From the IMG/VR virus record IMGVR_UViG_3300020045_005117, positions 1 to 44,629 of that record: a DNA stretch of 44,629 bases, one strand, 5' to 3'. Source of the stretch: a virus. Lineage: Duplodnaviria; Caudoviricetes. Below the pieces are notes generated by a model. It saw nothing but the letters and a program-made list of their open reading frames with translations, ran no database searches and was not told where the DNA came from. Shown here piece after piece: positions 44,611-44,629 of this stretch. The translations under genes and the position numbers were made by a program. Each line of letters begins with the position of its first letter. The first letter of the stretch is position 1.

Positions 44611-44629
44611 CATACACAATAGATGATGG
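44509..44629. repeat. Terminal direct repeat copy 2
   Basis: Identical to 1-121. Confidence 0.97.

Noticed and set aside
44509-44629. 121-bp terminal repeat as a biological direct terminal repeat
   Set aside because: It cuts through a coding region and has a k-mer-like length, so it is most simply an assembly overlap. True termini cannot be determined from this sequence.
1-44629. CRISPR array, integrase/att site, introns, inteins or genetic code reassignment
   Set aside because: No spaced repeats or recombinase motifs were seen. TerL, capsid and enzymes are uninterrupted, and all three stop codons end genes normally.

Overview
The window is one apparently complete, circularly permuted genome of a tailed dsDNA virus (Caudoviricetes, HK97-fold capsid, siphovirus-like tail). 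Unit length is about 44,508 bp, because bases 1-121 repeat exactly at 44509-44629. All credible genes lie on the + strand and are often coupled by ATGA overlaps. The host is very likely an archaeon, shown by BRE/TATA-type promoters about 28-32 nt before leaderless ATGs, a PCNA-like gene, an A1:U72 initiator-like tRNA-Met, a tRNA-Thr with U73 and many CxxC microproteins. A DPANN host is a weaker inference. Gene order: (i) a ~12 kb glycan cluster with 5 glycosyltransferases, GDP-mannose 4,6-dehydratase, an epimerase, a cupin, a truncated TPP-dependent E1alpha/E1beta pair and two B12-radical SAM enzymes; (ii) ParB-DNA methylase, TerS, TerL, portal-MuF fusion, protease and capsid; (iii) neck and tail genes with LamG domains, a frameshifted chaperone and a very short tape measure; (iv) a papain-like protease, membrane proteins, a sixth glycosyltransferase, a methyltransferase, an SDR and two tRNAs; (v) small early genes. 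I found no integrase, polymerase, primase, helicase or peptidoglycan hydrolase. The best candidate for a new system is a virus-encoded branched and methylated sugar pathway, paired with strong Ser-Gly/Gly-Ser enrichment confined to virion-surface proteins, which suggests motif-directed virion O-glycosylation. Other notable signals are a hidden ATA-initiated structural gene, an atypical initiator tRNA, a fixed-spacing palindromic late-promoter element and a single-domain half-PCNA. All functional calls come from reading motifs by eye; no searches were run.
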